A stretch of 32,000 bases of DNA from positions 300,001-332,000 of the forward strand of contig NZ_CP066019.1 in the NCBI RefSeq assembly GCF_016127575.1. The letters run 5' to 3'. The position numbers were made by a program, and so were the translations under genes. Source of the stretch: Cupriavidus necator (GTDB taxonomy: Bacteria > Pseudomonadota > Gammaproteobacteria > Burkholderiales > Burkholderiaceae). Position 1 is the first letter of the stretch, and every line of letters begins with the position of its first letter. Of the stretch, positions 8,896 to 19,178 are shown in pieces. The notes under the pieces are model-generated. The model made no database searches and had not been told where the DNA came from. It worked only from the letters and a program-made list of their open reading frames with translations.

Positions 8896-9041
8896 CGCCA
8901 AACATCAAGCGCCGCGCCGCTGGCGGGGCCCGCTTGCTTGCGACCCCGTACCGGTCTTCCGCATCCTGTTACGTGAACGGCCGGAATTCGATGGTTCACC
9001 GCCGATCCGATAGGGCGTGACCAGCCATCCCGCCGCCGCCA

Positions 9042-9929
9042 TCACACTGGACGCAACGCCTCAAGCATGATGTCAGCCAGGCGCTGCGATACCTCGGACG
9101 CGGGTCCCGGCGCGCGCAGCAGCATCAGGGGCATCTTGCCGAGCGGCGGCAATCCTTCGGCAGCCCCAAGTTGCCGCAGCGATGCCGGCAAGCCGTAGGG
9201 CGTGCGGACCACCAACCCAAGTCCGGCTGCCGCGGCGGCCCACAGGCCACCAAGGTTGGGGCTGGTGAACGAGACGCGCCAGGGGATTCCGGCGCGGTCC
9301 AATGCCGCCGTGGCGGCATCGTGGAAATGGCAGGGCCGGTCGAACGCCGCCAGCGGTATCGGCTGGCCGGGCTCGATGTGCCACGGCAGCGCAGCCGGTC
9401 CGACCCAGCACATCGGCGGTTCGCCGACCACGGCGATATCGGCGCCGGGCTCTCTTGCCGTCCGAGCGCCATCCGCGCCGCCCCAGACCAGCGCGAGATC
9501 CAGCGTCCGCGCCTGGATGCGGGCGAACAAATCGTGATTGCGCGCCACCATGGCTTCGACCCGGACCTTCGGATGCGCTCGCGCAAACCGCCCCAACACC
9601 TCCGGCAGCATTGCCTCGCCGAACTCTTCCTGCAGTCCCAATCGCACGCCGCCGGACAGGTCCACCCCTTTCACGGCCGCGGCAGCTTCGTCGTTCAGGG
9701 CAACGATTCTGCGCGCGTAGCCAAGCAGCAGACTCCCCGCCTCGGTAAGTTCCAGGGTCCGGCCGGCCTTGCGAAACAGCGGCGTGCCTGCCATGTCCTC
9801 GAGCTTGTGAATCTGCGCACTGACGGCCGAAGTGGAGCGCCCGACCTGCTCCGCAGCGCGCGCGAAGCTGCCCAGGTCGATGCCGGCGATCAAGCTGCGC
9901 AGCGCGGCAATATCAAGATTCGACGTCAT
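9042..9929 (-). CDS. LysR family transcriptional regulator
   Basis: ORF 9042..9965. The likely start is ATG 9929, giving MTSNLDIAALRSLIAGIDLGSFARAAEQVGRSTSAVSAQIHKLEDMAGTPLFRKAGR. It is divergent from the MFS gene. Confidence 0.88.
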   Translation of the reverse strand: MTSNLDIAALRSLIAGIDLGSFARAAEQVGRSTSAVSAQIHKLEDMAGTPLFRKAGRTLELTEAGSLLLGYARRIVALNDEAAAAVKGVDLSGGVRLGLQEEFGEAMLPEVLGRFARAHPKVRVEAMVARNHDLFARIQARTLDLALVWGGADGARTAREPGADIAVVGEPPMCWVGPAALPWHIEPGQPIPLAAFDRPCHFHDAATAALDRAGIPWRVSFTSPNLGGLWAAAAAGLGLVVRTPYGLPASLRQLGAAEGLPPLGKMPLMLLRAPGPASEVSQRLADIMLEALRPV

Positions 9930-10037
9930 GGCAATCGTGCGGAAAAACGAAACAATTGGTCCCAAACTTTCTGATTTTCAAGACGAATATTGGTTGCAAT
10001 ACTGACGCCCTGTCAACAGCCTTATCGGAGGGCCGTC

Positions 10038-11306
10038 GTGGCCGAGTCCGTCTGTTTTGCCCGCCCTGGTGGCAATTCCCTCGCGGCTTCCGCCGCTTCG
10101 CATCGCTGGAAAGTGTTGGGCGTCGGCGTTGCCGCGAACGCCAGCTTCATCGCTGCCGCCAACGGGTTGCCCGCCACCGCGGTGTGGCTGCGCAGCGCCT
10201 ATCAGATCGACAACGGGGGGCTTGGCCTGCTGCTTGGTGCGTTGGGCATCGGCGCCGCGTTGTCCGAACTGCCGTGGGGCGCAGCGGCCGACCGGTGGGG
10301 CGACCGTCGCGTCCTGCTGTACGGGCTCGGCGCCACCGCTCTCATACTGGCGGTGATGGCACTGTTCCTGGCCCCAAGGCCGGATCGCGTGCCGTCCTTG
10401 CCGGTGGCGATGGCCTGCATGGCGCTGCTGGGACTGGCGGGCGGCAGCGTCAACGGGGCCAGCGGGCGGGCGGTGATGCGATGGTTCGCCGACGGCGAGC
10501 GCGGCCTGGCGATGAGTATCCGCCAGACGGCGGTGCCCCTCGGCGGCGGGCTAGGGGCGCTCGTGTTGCCGTGGCTGGCCTTTGCCATGGGCTTTCGCTG
10601 GGTGTACGCAGTCCTGGCCGCGTTCTGCCTTGCCTCTGCCTGGCTGACCTGGCGATGGCTGCACGAACCCACGCATCTCGCTGCCCCCGCGTCGGCACGA
10701 CGCCATGCGCATGACAATGCCAGCCCGTTGCGCAGCCTGCGGGTCTGGCGCATTGCGTTGGCCATCGGCATCCTGTGCGCGCCCCAGTTCGCGGTCTTGA
10801 GCTTCGCCTCGGTGTTCCTGCACGATGCGGCCCATGTGGCTGTGTCGGGCATCGCCGCCACCCTTTGCGCTGTGCAGCTCGGCGCGATGGCGATGCGGAT
10901 CTGGAGCGGCCGCCATACCGATCGGCGTGGCAACCGCCGTGCATGGCTGCGCCATTGCACGCTGATCGCCGCGCTGATGTTCGTGCCGCTGGCCCTCTGC
11001 GCGGCGGTCGGGCAGGGTGTTCCTGCGACGCTGACCATGGTCGCGGTCGTGCTGGCTGGCATCGCGGTTTCGGCCTGGCATGGGGTTGCCTACACCGAAC
11101 TGGCGACGCAGGCGGGCGCGGAGCGGGCGGGTACGGCCCTCGGACTGGCCAATACGCTGGTCTTCGCCGCGTACTTCGCTGCCCCTGCGGCGATTCCGCT
11201 ACTGCTCGATAGCGGCGGCTGGGCCGGCGTCTGGCTCCTGGCCGGGGCCTGCGCGGCGACGGCGTGGCCGCTTTTTCCCCGGGCTGGCGATGGTCCCGGC
11301 AACTGA
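10038..11306 (+). CDS. MFS transporter
   Basis: ORF 9990..11306. I prefer the GTG at 10038, which sits 7 nt after GGAGGG. About 12 hydrophobic segments are visible, plus the MFS loop motif AADRWGDRRVLLYG between TM2 and TM3. The end coordinate is firm and the start is uncertain by 48 nt. Confidence 0.8.
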   Translation: MAESVCFARPGGNSLAASAASHRWKVLGVGVAANASFIAAANGLPATAVWLRSAYQIDNGGLGLLLGALGIGAALSELPWGAAADRWGDRRVLLYGLGATALILAVMALFLAPRPDRVPSLPVAMACMALLGLAGGSVNGASGRAVMRWFADGERGLAMSIRQTAVPLGGGLGALVLPWLAFAMGFRWVYAVLAAFCLASAWLTWRWLHEPTHLAAPASARRHAHDNASPLRSLRVWRIALAIGILCAPQFAVLSFASVFLHDAAHVAVSGIAATLCAVQLGAMAMRIWSGRHTDRRGNRRAWLRHCTLIAALMFVPLALCAAVGQGVPATLTMVAVVLAGIAVSAWHGVAYTELATQAGAERAGTALGLANTLVFAAYFAAPAAIPLLLDSGGWAGVWLLAGACAATAWPLFPRAGDGPGN

Positions 11307-11499
11307 CTGACGTTTCCAGTCACTGCTTCGACCGGCGAGCAGCTTCCCATTAATAGGCATGCGCAGGGTTCTGAAAAGGAGAACCACTGCGACGGGATTT
11401 CGGAACTCGCCATATCAATCACGAGGCGCTCAATGGCGACCTTCGCGCTGAATCCTGTAAAGCTCATGCCTGGGTCCCACCATTTCAGGCGATGACCTT

Positions 11500-13164
<1,665 letters not shown>

Positions 13165-13278
13165 AGGGAGCTACTTCAGAGAGGATTCGCATGATAGCCG
13201 ACCGGATGTGCAGGGCTGTAGTCTGATGCGTTGACGTTTGCGCTCATGGCTGAGATCCATCCTGTAGCGGGGGCATGC

Positions 13279-13303
13279 CCGCGGGGGAGGGTTTCCCCCG
13301 CGG
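13279..13303. other. Perfect 10-bp GC-rich hairpin between the mini-ORF and the ABC-F start
   Basis: CCGCGGGGGA (13279-13288) pairs with TCCCCCGCGG (13294-13303) around the 5-nt loop GGGTT. Neither strand has a U-tract, so it is not a canonical intrinsic terminator. It could be an insulator, a REP-like element or a Rho-assisted stop. Confidence 0.4.
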
Positions 13304-13312
13304 AGGGGACGA

Positions 13313-13426
13313 TCATGCGATCAGCGCGTTGGCGACGATCGCTGCCGCCGCTACGCTGGACGTGCTGATGGCCAGCCAGCATCCCAGCAGGAAGGCGCCG
13401 TTGGCCACGCTTCGACCTGGAATCAT
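13313..13426 (-). CDS. Possible 37-aa hydrophobic mini-protein
   Basis: It lies 38 nt downstream of the isochorismatase stop. GGAG sits 8 nt before the ATG, and the product is MIPGRSVANGAFLLGCWLAISTSSVAAAAIVANALIA, one predicted TM helix. Support is the RBS and hydrophobicity only. Confidence 0.3.
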   Translation of the reverse strand: MIPGRSVANGAFLLGCWLAISTSSVAAAAIVANALIA

Positions 13427-13464
13427 CTTGTGTGCTCCGAGGGATGGCTGGTGGCGGACATGCA

Positions 13465-14163
13465 TCAGCGCTCGATGACCGGTGCGTGCACGGGAGCCAG
13501 CGATTCGTGCGTGGTTGCCGTGCGTTGCGCGGCTTTGTGGACCATCGTATAGGCATAGTCGACCCCCATGCCATAGGCGCCCGAGTGCTCCTTGACCACG
13601 GCCATCACGTCGTCGTACGTCTCGCGGTTCTTCCAGTCGCGTTGCCATTCCAGCATGACCTGTTGCCAGGTCACGGGCACCACGCCTGCCTGGACCATGC
13701 GCTGCATGGCGTAGTCATGAGCTTCCTTGGTCGTGCCGCCCGAAGCGTCGGCCACCATATAGATCTCGTAGTCGCCCTCAAGCATTGCGCACAACGCGAA
13801 GGTAGTGTTGCAGACCTCGGTCCACAGGCCGGCCACGACGATTTTCTTGCGGCCATTGGCGGCCAGCGCGTCGCGCACCTTCTGGTCGTCCCAGGAGTTC
13901 ATCGAGGTGCGTTCGAGCGTTTGCTTGCCGGGGAAGACGTCGAGCAGTTCGGGGTAGGTATAGCCGGAGAATGAATCGCTCTCGACCGTGGTGATGGTGG
14001 TCGGCACATCGAAGATCTTCGCTGCCTTGGCCAGGCCCACGACGTTGTTCTTCATGGTCTGGCGGTCCATCGACTGCACACCAAAAGCCATCTGGGGCTG
14101 GTGGTCGATGATGATCAGTTGGCTGTTGCGCGGGGTCAGGACTTCCAGCTTGGCGTTCGACAT
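13465..14163 (-). CDS. Isochorismatase-family hydrolase (YcaC-like)
   Basis: The 232-aa ORF reads MSNAKLEVLTPRNSQLIIIDHQPQMAFGV (catalytic Asp in IIDHQ). KKIVVAGLWTEVCNTTFAL contains the family's conserved catalytic Cys. Overall layout is like E. coli YcaC. Confidence 0.85.
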   Translation of the reverse strand: MSNAKLEVLTPRNSQLIIIDHQPQMAFGVQSMDRQTMKNNVVGLAKAAKIFDVPTTITTVESDSFSGYTYPELLDVFPGKQTLERTSMNSWDDQKVRDALAANGRKKIVVAGLWTEVCNTTFALCAMLEGDYEIYMVADASGGTTKEAHDYAMQRMVQAGVVPVTWQQVMLEWQRDWKNRETYDDVMAVVKEHSGAYGMGVDYAYTMVHKAAQRTATTHESLAPVHAPVIER

Positions 14164-14310
14164 GCTGCTCTCTCCGATGAAATTTATTCAATGATCTTGA
14201 GTTCTCGTTGGGCGGCGCTTTGTTCGCTGTGTTGCGTTGTCGTGCCGTCCATGTGACGAACTATAGCGGAGGAAAGTGCGGAGGCAGTCAGCCAGAGTTG
14301 TAAGTATTAT

Positions 14311-14323
14311 TCAAAAAATTTGA
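14311..14323. promoter_or_regulatory. AT-rich palindrome TCAAA-AAA-TTTGA in the divergent intergenic region
   Basis: A perfect 5-bp inverted repeat with a 3-nt spacer. It sits in the most AT-rich stretch (TAAGTATTATTCAAAAAATTTGATTAAAT) between the isochorismatase and patatin genes. Candidate operator or UP element. Confidence 0.2.
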
Positions 14324-14779
14324 TTAAATCGGGACATGTACGACCCTGGCTCCGGTGGGCGTTTGGTTCCTGAAGCCCGCGAGCGTGGCGGGCTCCGACA
14401 TGGAGGAGATCGAAAATGACCGCCAGCGGCGCGGCACCAGGCGAACCAGGCAAGCCCGGTCGAGTTAGCATTCAGTATCTGATTGATCTTCGTCCGCCCT
14501 CCGACTTTCTCCCGACGCTACTCAGGCGCCATCTGCGGGTCGCGCGGCCCCATGGCGATGCCGTAAGATTCCGAGGGAGCCGGACACACCGGATCCTGGC
14601 GCCAACGAAGCTCGACCTTCCCTTCCCGCGGGCCGCCACCACGCCGAGCACCTTTCTGACCTAGTCCAATGTGGAAGTTTCGACATGACCAGACTCTTTG
14701 CCGCAAGAGCAGCCTGCCTTGGCGAGTTGGGGAGGCAGGGAGAGAGCGGCACGCCCGCGGCAGGGCCTGCCACGCTCTG

Positions 14780-16147
14780 ATGCTGCTTCTGCTTGCGGGA
14801 CTCAGTGCCTGTGGGTCGCTTTCTCACAATGCTCCGCGCAATCTGCCTCAGGCAGCGGCTGGCAGCGCATCCGCGACCATGCGCGAACCCACCGACGTCG
14901 TTGGCCCGACAACCGTCGCCATGTCGTTCTCTGGCGGTGGCACGCGAGCCGCAGCTTTCGCCTTCGGCGCGCTGCAGGGGCTCGACGCCATGAGAGGTCC
15001 CGGGGGCGCGTCCCTGCTCGACGACGTCTCATTTATCAGCAGCGTGTCCGGAGGCTCCATCACCGCGGCGTACTACGGTCTGCACGGCAAGGCCAGCCTG
15101 GCGACCTTTCGATCAGTGCTCTTGAAGGACGGAGAGGCGGGACTTCGCTTCAGTCTCCTGAATCCGGTCAACCTTGCGCGCCTCTTCGCGGGAGGCCTCA
15201 ACAATCGGGAAGATCTCCAGACATGGCTCGACGAAGACGTGTTCAAGGGCGCGACGTTCGCCGACATGTTCCGCCGCGGCAAGCCGCTCGTCTGGATCAA
15301 CGCCACGAACGTCTACTACCGGGTCGCGTTCCCGTTCAGCCAGCTGGCATTCGATGCGCTATGCAGTGATCTCGCGAGCTTTCCCGTTTCCGAGGCCGTC
15401 GCCGCATCCATGGCGGTCCCGCTCTTCTTCGCACCGATCGTCCTTCAAAAATATCCCGAGGCTTGCAGTACACCGCTGCCGAACCTTGACCACGCCCAGA
15501 GGCCCGGGCAATCGCTGCTGCTTGGCGCGTTGGCAACCGCCGTTCGCGGTCACCGGGACACTTCGAAGGGAAAGTACATCAAGCTGGTCGACGGTGGGGT
15601 GACCGACAACTACGGCCTGGCCACAATTTTGCAATCGCGCCTGCTGCTGGGCACGGCTTACGGTCCCATGAGCGAGAACGACGCGATCAATGTGCGGCGG
15701 CTACTCTTCATCGTTGTTGACGCCGGTCAGGGCCCGCGCGGCGATTGGAACCAAAGCCCGGGTGGCCCATCCGGAATCGAAGTCGCAAGCGCAGCCATCG
15801 ACGCGGGAATGGCGACCAGCGTTCGAATGACCTATGACGCCTTCGTTCCCATGATGCAACGGTGGCGCGATGATCTCGTGGCGTATCGGTGTGCGCTGCC
15901 GCATTCCCGGCAGCAGGAGATCGCTGCACGCCGCCCAGGCTGGCGGTGCAATGAAGTCGAATTCTTCGTCACGCGGATCTCGTTTGAGGCCCTCGACAAG
16001 GAGCGAGCTGCAAGCCTGAACGATCTGCCGACCAGGCTTCGACTGCCCGAGAAGGACGTCGATCGCCTGATCGAAGCGGGAAGGGATGTCATCCTTGGCA
16101 ACCCGGTGATCCGCGAGTTCGAGCGCGAATCGACCGAGGCGCGATAG
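14780..16147 (+). CDS. Patatin-like phospholipase, predicted lipoprotein
   Basis: ORF 14669..16147. The oxyanion motif is FSGGGTRAAAF, the nucleophile elbow is SVSGGS and the Asp dyad motif is VDGGVTDNYG. MLLLLAGLSAC is a lipobox (L-S-A-C), which favours the ATG at 14780 over 14669. The end coordinate is firm. Confidence 0.8.
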   Translation: MLLLLAGLSACGSLSHNAPRNLPQAAAGSASATMREPTDVVGPTTVAMSFSGGGTRAAAFAFGALQGLDAMRGPGGASLLDDVSFISSVSGGSITAAYYGLHGKASLATFRSVLLKDGEAGLRFSLLNPVNLARLFAGGLNNREDLQTWLDEDVFKGATFADMFRRGKPLVWINATNVYYRVAFPFSQLAFDALCSDLASFPVSEAVAASMAVPLFFAPIVLQKYPEACSTPLPNLDHAQRPGQSLLLGALATAVRGHRDTSKGKYIKLVDGGVTDNYGLATILQSRLLLGTAYGPMSENDAINVRRLLFIVVDAGQGPRGDWNQSPGGPSGIEVASAAIDAGMATSVRMTYDAFVPMMQRWRDDLVAYRCALPHSRQQEIAARRPGWRCNEVEFFVTRISFEALDKERAASLNDLPTRLRLPEKDVDRLIEAGRDVILGNPVIREFERESTEAR

Positions 16148-16249
16148 TCCCGCGGCACGCGGCGTGGGTGAGGCCGCGTTCTTGCTGCTCGGCCGCGGCG
16201 CTCTGACGGTGGCATGCGTCCGGCATGGCGAGAACGCCCGGTACTCCGT

Positions 16250-17173
16250 TCACGCCAGCCGCCCTCCATGCACCGGTGCACCGCCCACCGACATGTCGGC
16301 GCACAGGATCGTCCCGGTGGTCGACTCGGTCATGAGTAGCGTGGCGCCCTCGGTGCCGCCAAAGCACAGATTGGTCAGCGATGTGCCATCCGGGCTACGA
16401 ATCACCTCCACAGGCTCGGCGCGATGATTGAGCACCCAGACATAGCCAAGTCCGGGATTGGCCACCAGCAGATGGCCATCCGATCTCATTGCCAGACCGT
16501 CGGGGCCGCTCGGGCCGTAAGAGGTAAAGAACTGCCCGACCTTGCTGACCGAACCGTCGGCCTGCAACGGCACGCGCCATACGCTGTTGCCGCGGGTCAT
16601 CGCGACGAACAGCACCTTCTCGTCAGGCGACAGGACGACACCGTTCGGGCTCGGTGCGTTGTCCAGCAGGACGTCCAGCTTGCCGTCGGGCGTCAGCCGA
16701 TAGACGCGGCCCGTCGGATCGTGCAAGCCGGTCTGGCCCTGGTCGGTGAAGTAGAGGTTGCCCTGCGAATCGAAGGTCAGGTCGTTGACGCCCCGGAAGC
16801 GTTCGGAATTCCTGCGCTCGAGAAACGGGGTGACGGTTCCCGACTTTGCATCCAGACGCACCAGGCCGTTGCGATAATCAGTGATCAGGAAGTCACCGCT
16901 GGCCAGGCGCTTCATGCCATTCGGTTCACCGTCATACTCGGCAACAAGCTCCCAGTCGCCCTGCATCGAAACACGGAAAATGCGGCCGTAGGGGATGTCC
17001 GTTACCCAGAGTTGGCCATCGGCCCAGACCGGCCCCTCCAGGAATGAGTCGATCGTCGCCCCGCCGCGATTGGCGTGTGCCCACGCGTTGTCAGGGTCGT
17101 GCCGACGGAACGACTCCGGAAGCCGGGTGAGCACCTGTGCATCGCGTACGGCCGGTTGCTGAAGTAGGAACAT
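16250..17173 (-). CDS. SMP-30/gluconolactonase/LRE family lactonase (six-bladed beta-propeller)
   Basis: The 307-aa ORF contains EGPVWADGQLWVTDI, NDLTFDSQGNLYFTD, PNGVVLSPDEKVLFVA, GPDGLAMRSDGHLLVA and TNLCFGG. AGGAG sits before the ATG, which lies 12 nt after the Bug stop. Confidence 0.85.
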   Translation of the reverse strand: MFLLQQPAVRDAQVLTRLPESFRRHDPDNAWAHANRGGATIDSFLEGPVWADGQLWVTDIPYGRIFRVSMQGDWELVAEYDGEPNGMKRLASGDFLITDYRNGLVRLDAKSGTVTPFLERRNSERFRGVNDLTFDSQGNLYFTDQGQTGLHDPTGRVYRLTPDGKLDVLLDNAPSPNGVVLSPDEKVLFVAMTRGNSVWRVPLQADGSVSKVGQFFTSYGPSGPDGLAMRSDGHLLVANPGLGYVWVLNHRAEPVEVIRSPDGTSLTNLCFGGTEGATLLMTESTTGTILCADMSVGGAPVHGGRLA

Positions 17174-17185
17174 CGCCGCTCCTGG

Positions 17186-18151
17186 TTATTGCTTCTCAAT
17201 ATGCGCCTTTTGCGCAACCGTTGCCCATTGCGCGGTTTCGCGCTGGATCAGCTGCGCGAACGCGGGGCTGTCCAGGTTGCCCGGCTGCGACCCCATCTGC
17301 GCAAGGAATGCCTTCATGTCGGGCGCCTGGAGCGCCTTCTGGATTTCCGTTTGCAGGCGCGTAATGACATCGTTCGGCGTGCCCTTTGGCGCGGCAAGGC
17401 CTGACCAGTTGAACAGGCTGAAGTTGGGTACACCAGCTTCAGCGAACGTAGGGACGCCCGGGAACACATCCACCCTGGTCTTGCCACTGATGCCCAGCAG
17501 ACGCATCTGATTACCCTTGACCGGCGCCAGCGCGGTCGGGGTCGACACGACCAGCAGATCCACGCTACCGGACAGCAGCCCGACCATGGCCTCGCCAGCC
17601 CCCTTGTACGGCACATGCATCAGCTTGATACCTGCGGCCTGTTGGAACGCCTCGGCAGAAAAATGCGGCGAACTACCGGGGCCGCCGGTGCCAAACGTCA
17701 CTTCTCCGGGATGCGCCTTGGCATAGCTGATGAGGGAGGCCAGGTCCTTGAAGCGCGAATCGGCCTTGACGCCAAGCACCACCGGCGAAAATGCGAACGG
17801 CGCGATAGGGATCAGAGCTGTCTGATGGTCCCAGTTCAGTTTCTTGAAGACATAGGGGAGGGTGGTATAGGAGTTGTCGTTCGCCAGAAGCGTGTAGCCA
17901 TCGGCGGGTGCGTTCACGACCAGGGACGTGCCGATCGTGCCGGACGCGCCCGGTTTGTTCTCCACGACGAAGCTCTGCCCTGTCTGCACGGAGAGCTTCT
18001 GCGCAACCTTGCGCGTCACGACGTCGACGGCGCCGCCGGGAGGATTCGGCACGATGATGCGGACCGGTTTGTCCGGGTACGCCGCCACAGCGGACAGGCT
18101 GACAAGCAGCGTCGTTGCTGCCACCAGGCAGCCAATGGTTCGATAAAACAC
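17186..18151 (-). CDS. Bug family (TctC-like) substrate-binding protein
   Basis: ORF 17186..18298 has no internal ATG. The in-frame GTG at 18151 is preceded by AAGGAGACAAAG. It gives VFYRTIGCLVAATTLLVSLSAVAA, a signal peptide, followed by PVRIIVPNPPGGAVD, FGTGGPGS and HVPYKGAG. Product is 321 aa. Confidence 0.8.
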   Translation of the reverse strand: MFYRTIGCLVAATTLLVSLSAVAAYPDKPVRIIVPNPPGGAVDVVTRKVAQKLSVQTGQSFVVENKPGASGTIGTSLVVNAPADGYTLLANDNSYTTLPYVFKKLNWDHQTALIPIAPFAFSPVVLGVKADSRFKDLASLISYAKAHPGEVTFGTGGPGSSPHFSAEAFQQAAGIKLMHVPYKGAGEAMVGLLSGSVDLLVVSTPTALAPVKGNQMRLLGISGKTRVDVFPGVPTFAEAGVPNFSLFNWSGLAAPKGTPNDVITRLQTEIQKALQAPDMKAFLAQMGSQPGNLDSPAFAQLIQRETAQWATVAQKAHIEKQ

Positions 18152-18242
18152 CTTTGTCTCCTTGTGCTGGGGGGAGGCCTGACTGTCCGTCGGCTCCTCC
18201 CGCGACACTTCTGTTCTAGTTGATGATGCAGCCGTGCGTCGT

Positions 18243-19178
18243 TCAGGCCGGCGTCGCCACGCCTTGCAGCACCGCCAGGACGTTCTTCGCCGCCCCAACC
18301 CCCATGTTCACGTACGCCGCGTTGCTGACGCCGCCGATGTGCGGCGACAGGATGAGGCTGGGAATGTCGCGGAACGGATGCGGCACGGGCATCGGTTCCA
18401 CGGCAAAGCTGTCCAGGCCAGCGGCATACAGTTTGCCGCTCTGCAGCGCTTCGGCCAGTGCAGGCTCGTCGATGAGCCCGCCTCGCGCCGTATTGACCAG
18501 GATCGCGCCGTCCTTGAACGTCGCCAGTGTTTCACGGTTCAACATGCCACGGTTCTCTTCCGTCAACGGGCAGTGCAGCGACACCACGTCCGATTCCCTG
18601 AACAACCGAGGCAGGTCGACAAGCGTTACGCCTTCCGGGACTGTCGTCGCATAAGGATCGAAAGCGGTGACATGCATGCCCATCGCCACACCAATCACGG
18701 CGGCGCGGCGGCCGATCTCTCCGAGCCCCACAATACCGAGCGTGCAACCGTTCAGCTCGACGGCCCTATAAGTTGCCTTGTCCCAATGACCCTGGCGCAT
18801 GCGATCGTTGAGATGTGGAACCGCTTTGGCGCACGCAAGGATCAGCGCCCACGCATGTTCTGCCACGGCGGCGGCATTGGCCCCGGCTGCGGCGGCCACC
18901 TTGATGCCGCGCGCCTGCGCAGCGGATTTATCGATGGTGTCAGTTCCGGTGCCGTGTTTCGAAATCACTTTCAAGGCTGGTGCTGCGTCCATGACTTCAG
19001 CGGTCAAGCTGCCGTAGCGCACGATAATGCCGACCGGGTTGTGCTCCTTTGCCAGGGCTGCAATATCGGCGGTCTGGGGCGTTTTCCCCGCGAATACGAT
19101 CTCATAGTCACCCAGCAGCGCGAGGGCTTCCGGCGCGAGGTCGGCACCCGTGACGATAATGACTTGCTTTTTCGTCAC
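18243..19178 (-). CDS. D-isomer-specific 2-hydroxyacid dehydrogenase family, NAD(P)-binding
   Basis: The 311-aa ORF has GIVGLGEIGRRAA (GxGxxG), NTARGGLIDE and SPHIGG (catalytic His). The GTG start overlaps the upstream stop in the sequence GTGA at 19175-19178. Confidence 0.85.
   Translation of the reverse strand: MTKKQVIIVTGADLAPEALALLGDYEIVFAGKTPQTADIAALAKEHNPVGIIVRYGSLTAEVMDAAPALKVISKHGTGTDTIDKSAAQARGIKVAAAAGANAAAVAEHAWALILACAKAVPHLNDRMRQGHWDKATYRAVELNGCTLGIVGLGEIGRRAAVIGVAMGMHVTAFDPYATTVPEGVTLVDLPRLFRESDVVSLHCPLTEENRGMLNRETLATFKDGAILVNTARGGLIDEPALAEALQSGKLYAAGLDSFAVEPMPVPHPFRDIPSLILSPHIGGVSNAAYVNMGVGAAKNVLAVLQGVATPA

Noticed and set aside
7467-8999. The full 510-aa form of the PhaZ ORF
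   Set aside because: The extra 98 N-terminal residues are Arg/Cys/His-rich and have no homology-like features. The MLYQL start matches the known PhaZa N-terminus and has a GGGAG RBS.
11304-11385. Two 6-bp hairpins (TGACTG/CAGTCA at 11304-11322; GGTTCT/AGAACC at 11367-11385) as terminators of the convergent MFS and ABC-F genes
   Set aside because: The stems are short, GC content is moderate and no U-tracts follow. They are not distinguishable from chance inverted repeats.
14416-14664. An 82-aa ORF with a strong GGAGGAG Shine-Dalgarno upstream of the patatin gene
   Set aside because: The product (MTASGAAPGEPGKPGRVSIQYLIDLRPPSDF...) has no recognisable motif. It has mixed codon third-position usage and a Pro/Arg-rich composition. 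It could be real or a regulator remnant, but I cannot support it from sequence alone.
14780-16147. The patatin gene as a CBASS/defence effector (CapV-like)
   Set aside because: No cyclase, CD-NTase, E1/E2/JAB or other signalling gene is adjacent. The protein carries a lipoprotein export signal, which is incompatible with a cytosolic CBASS effector.
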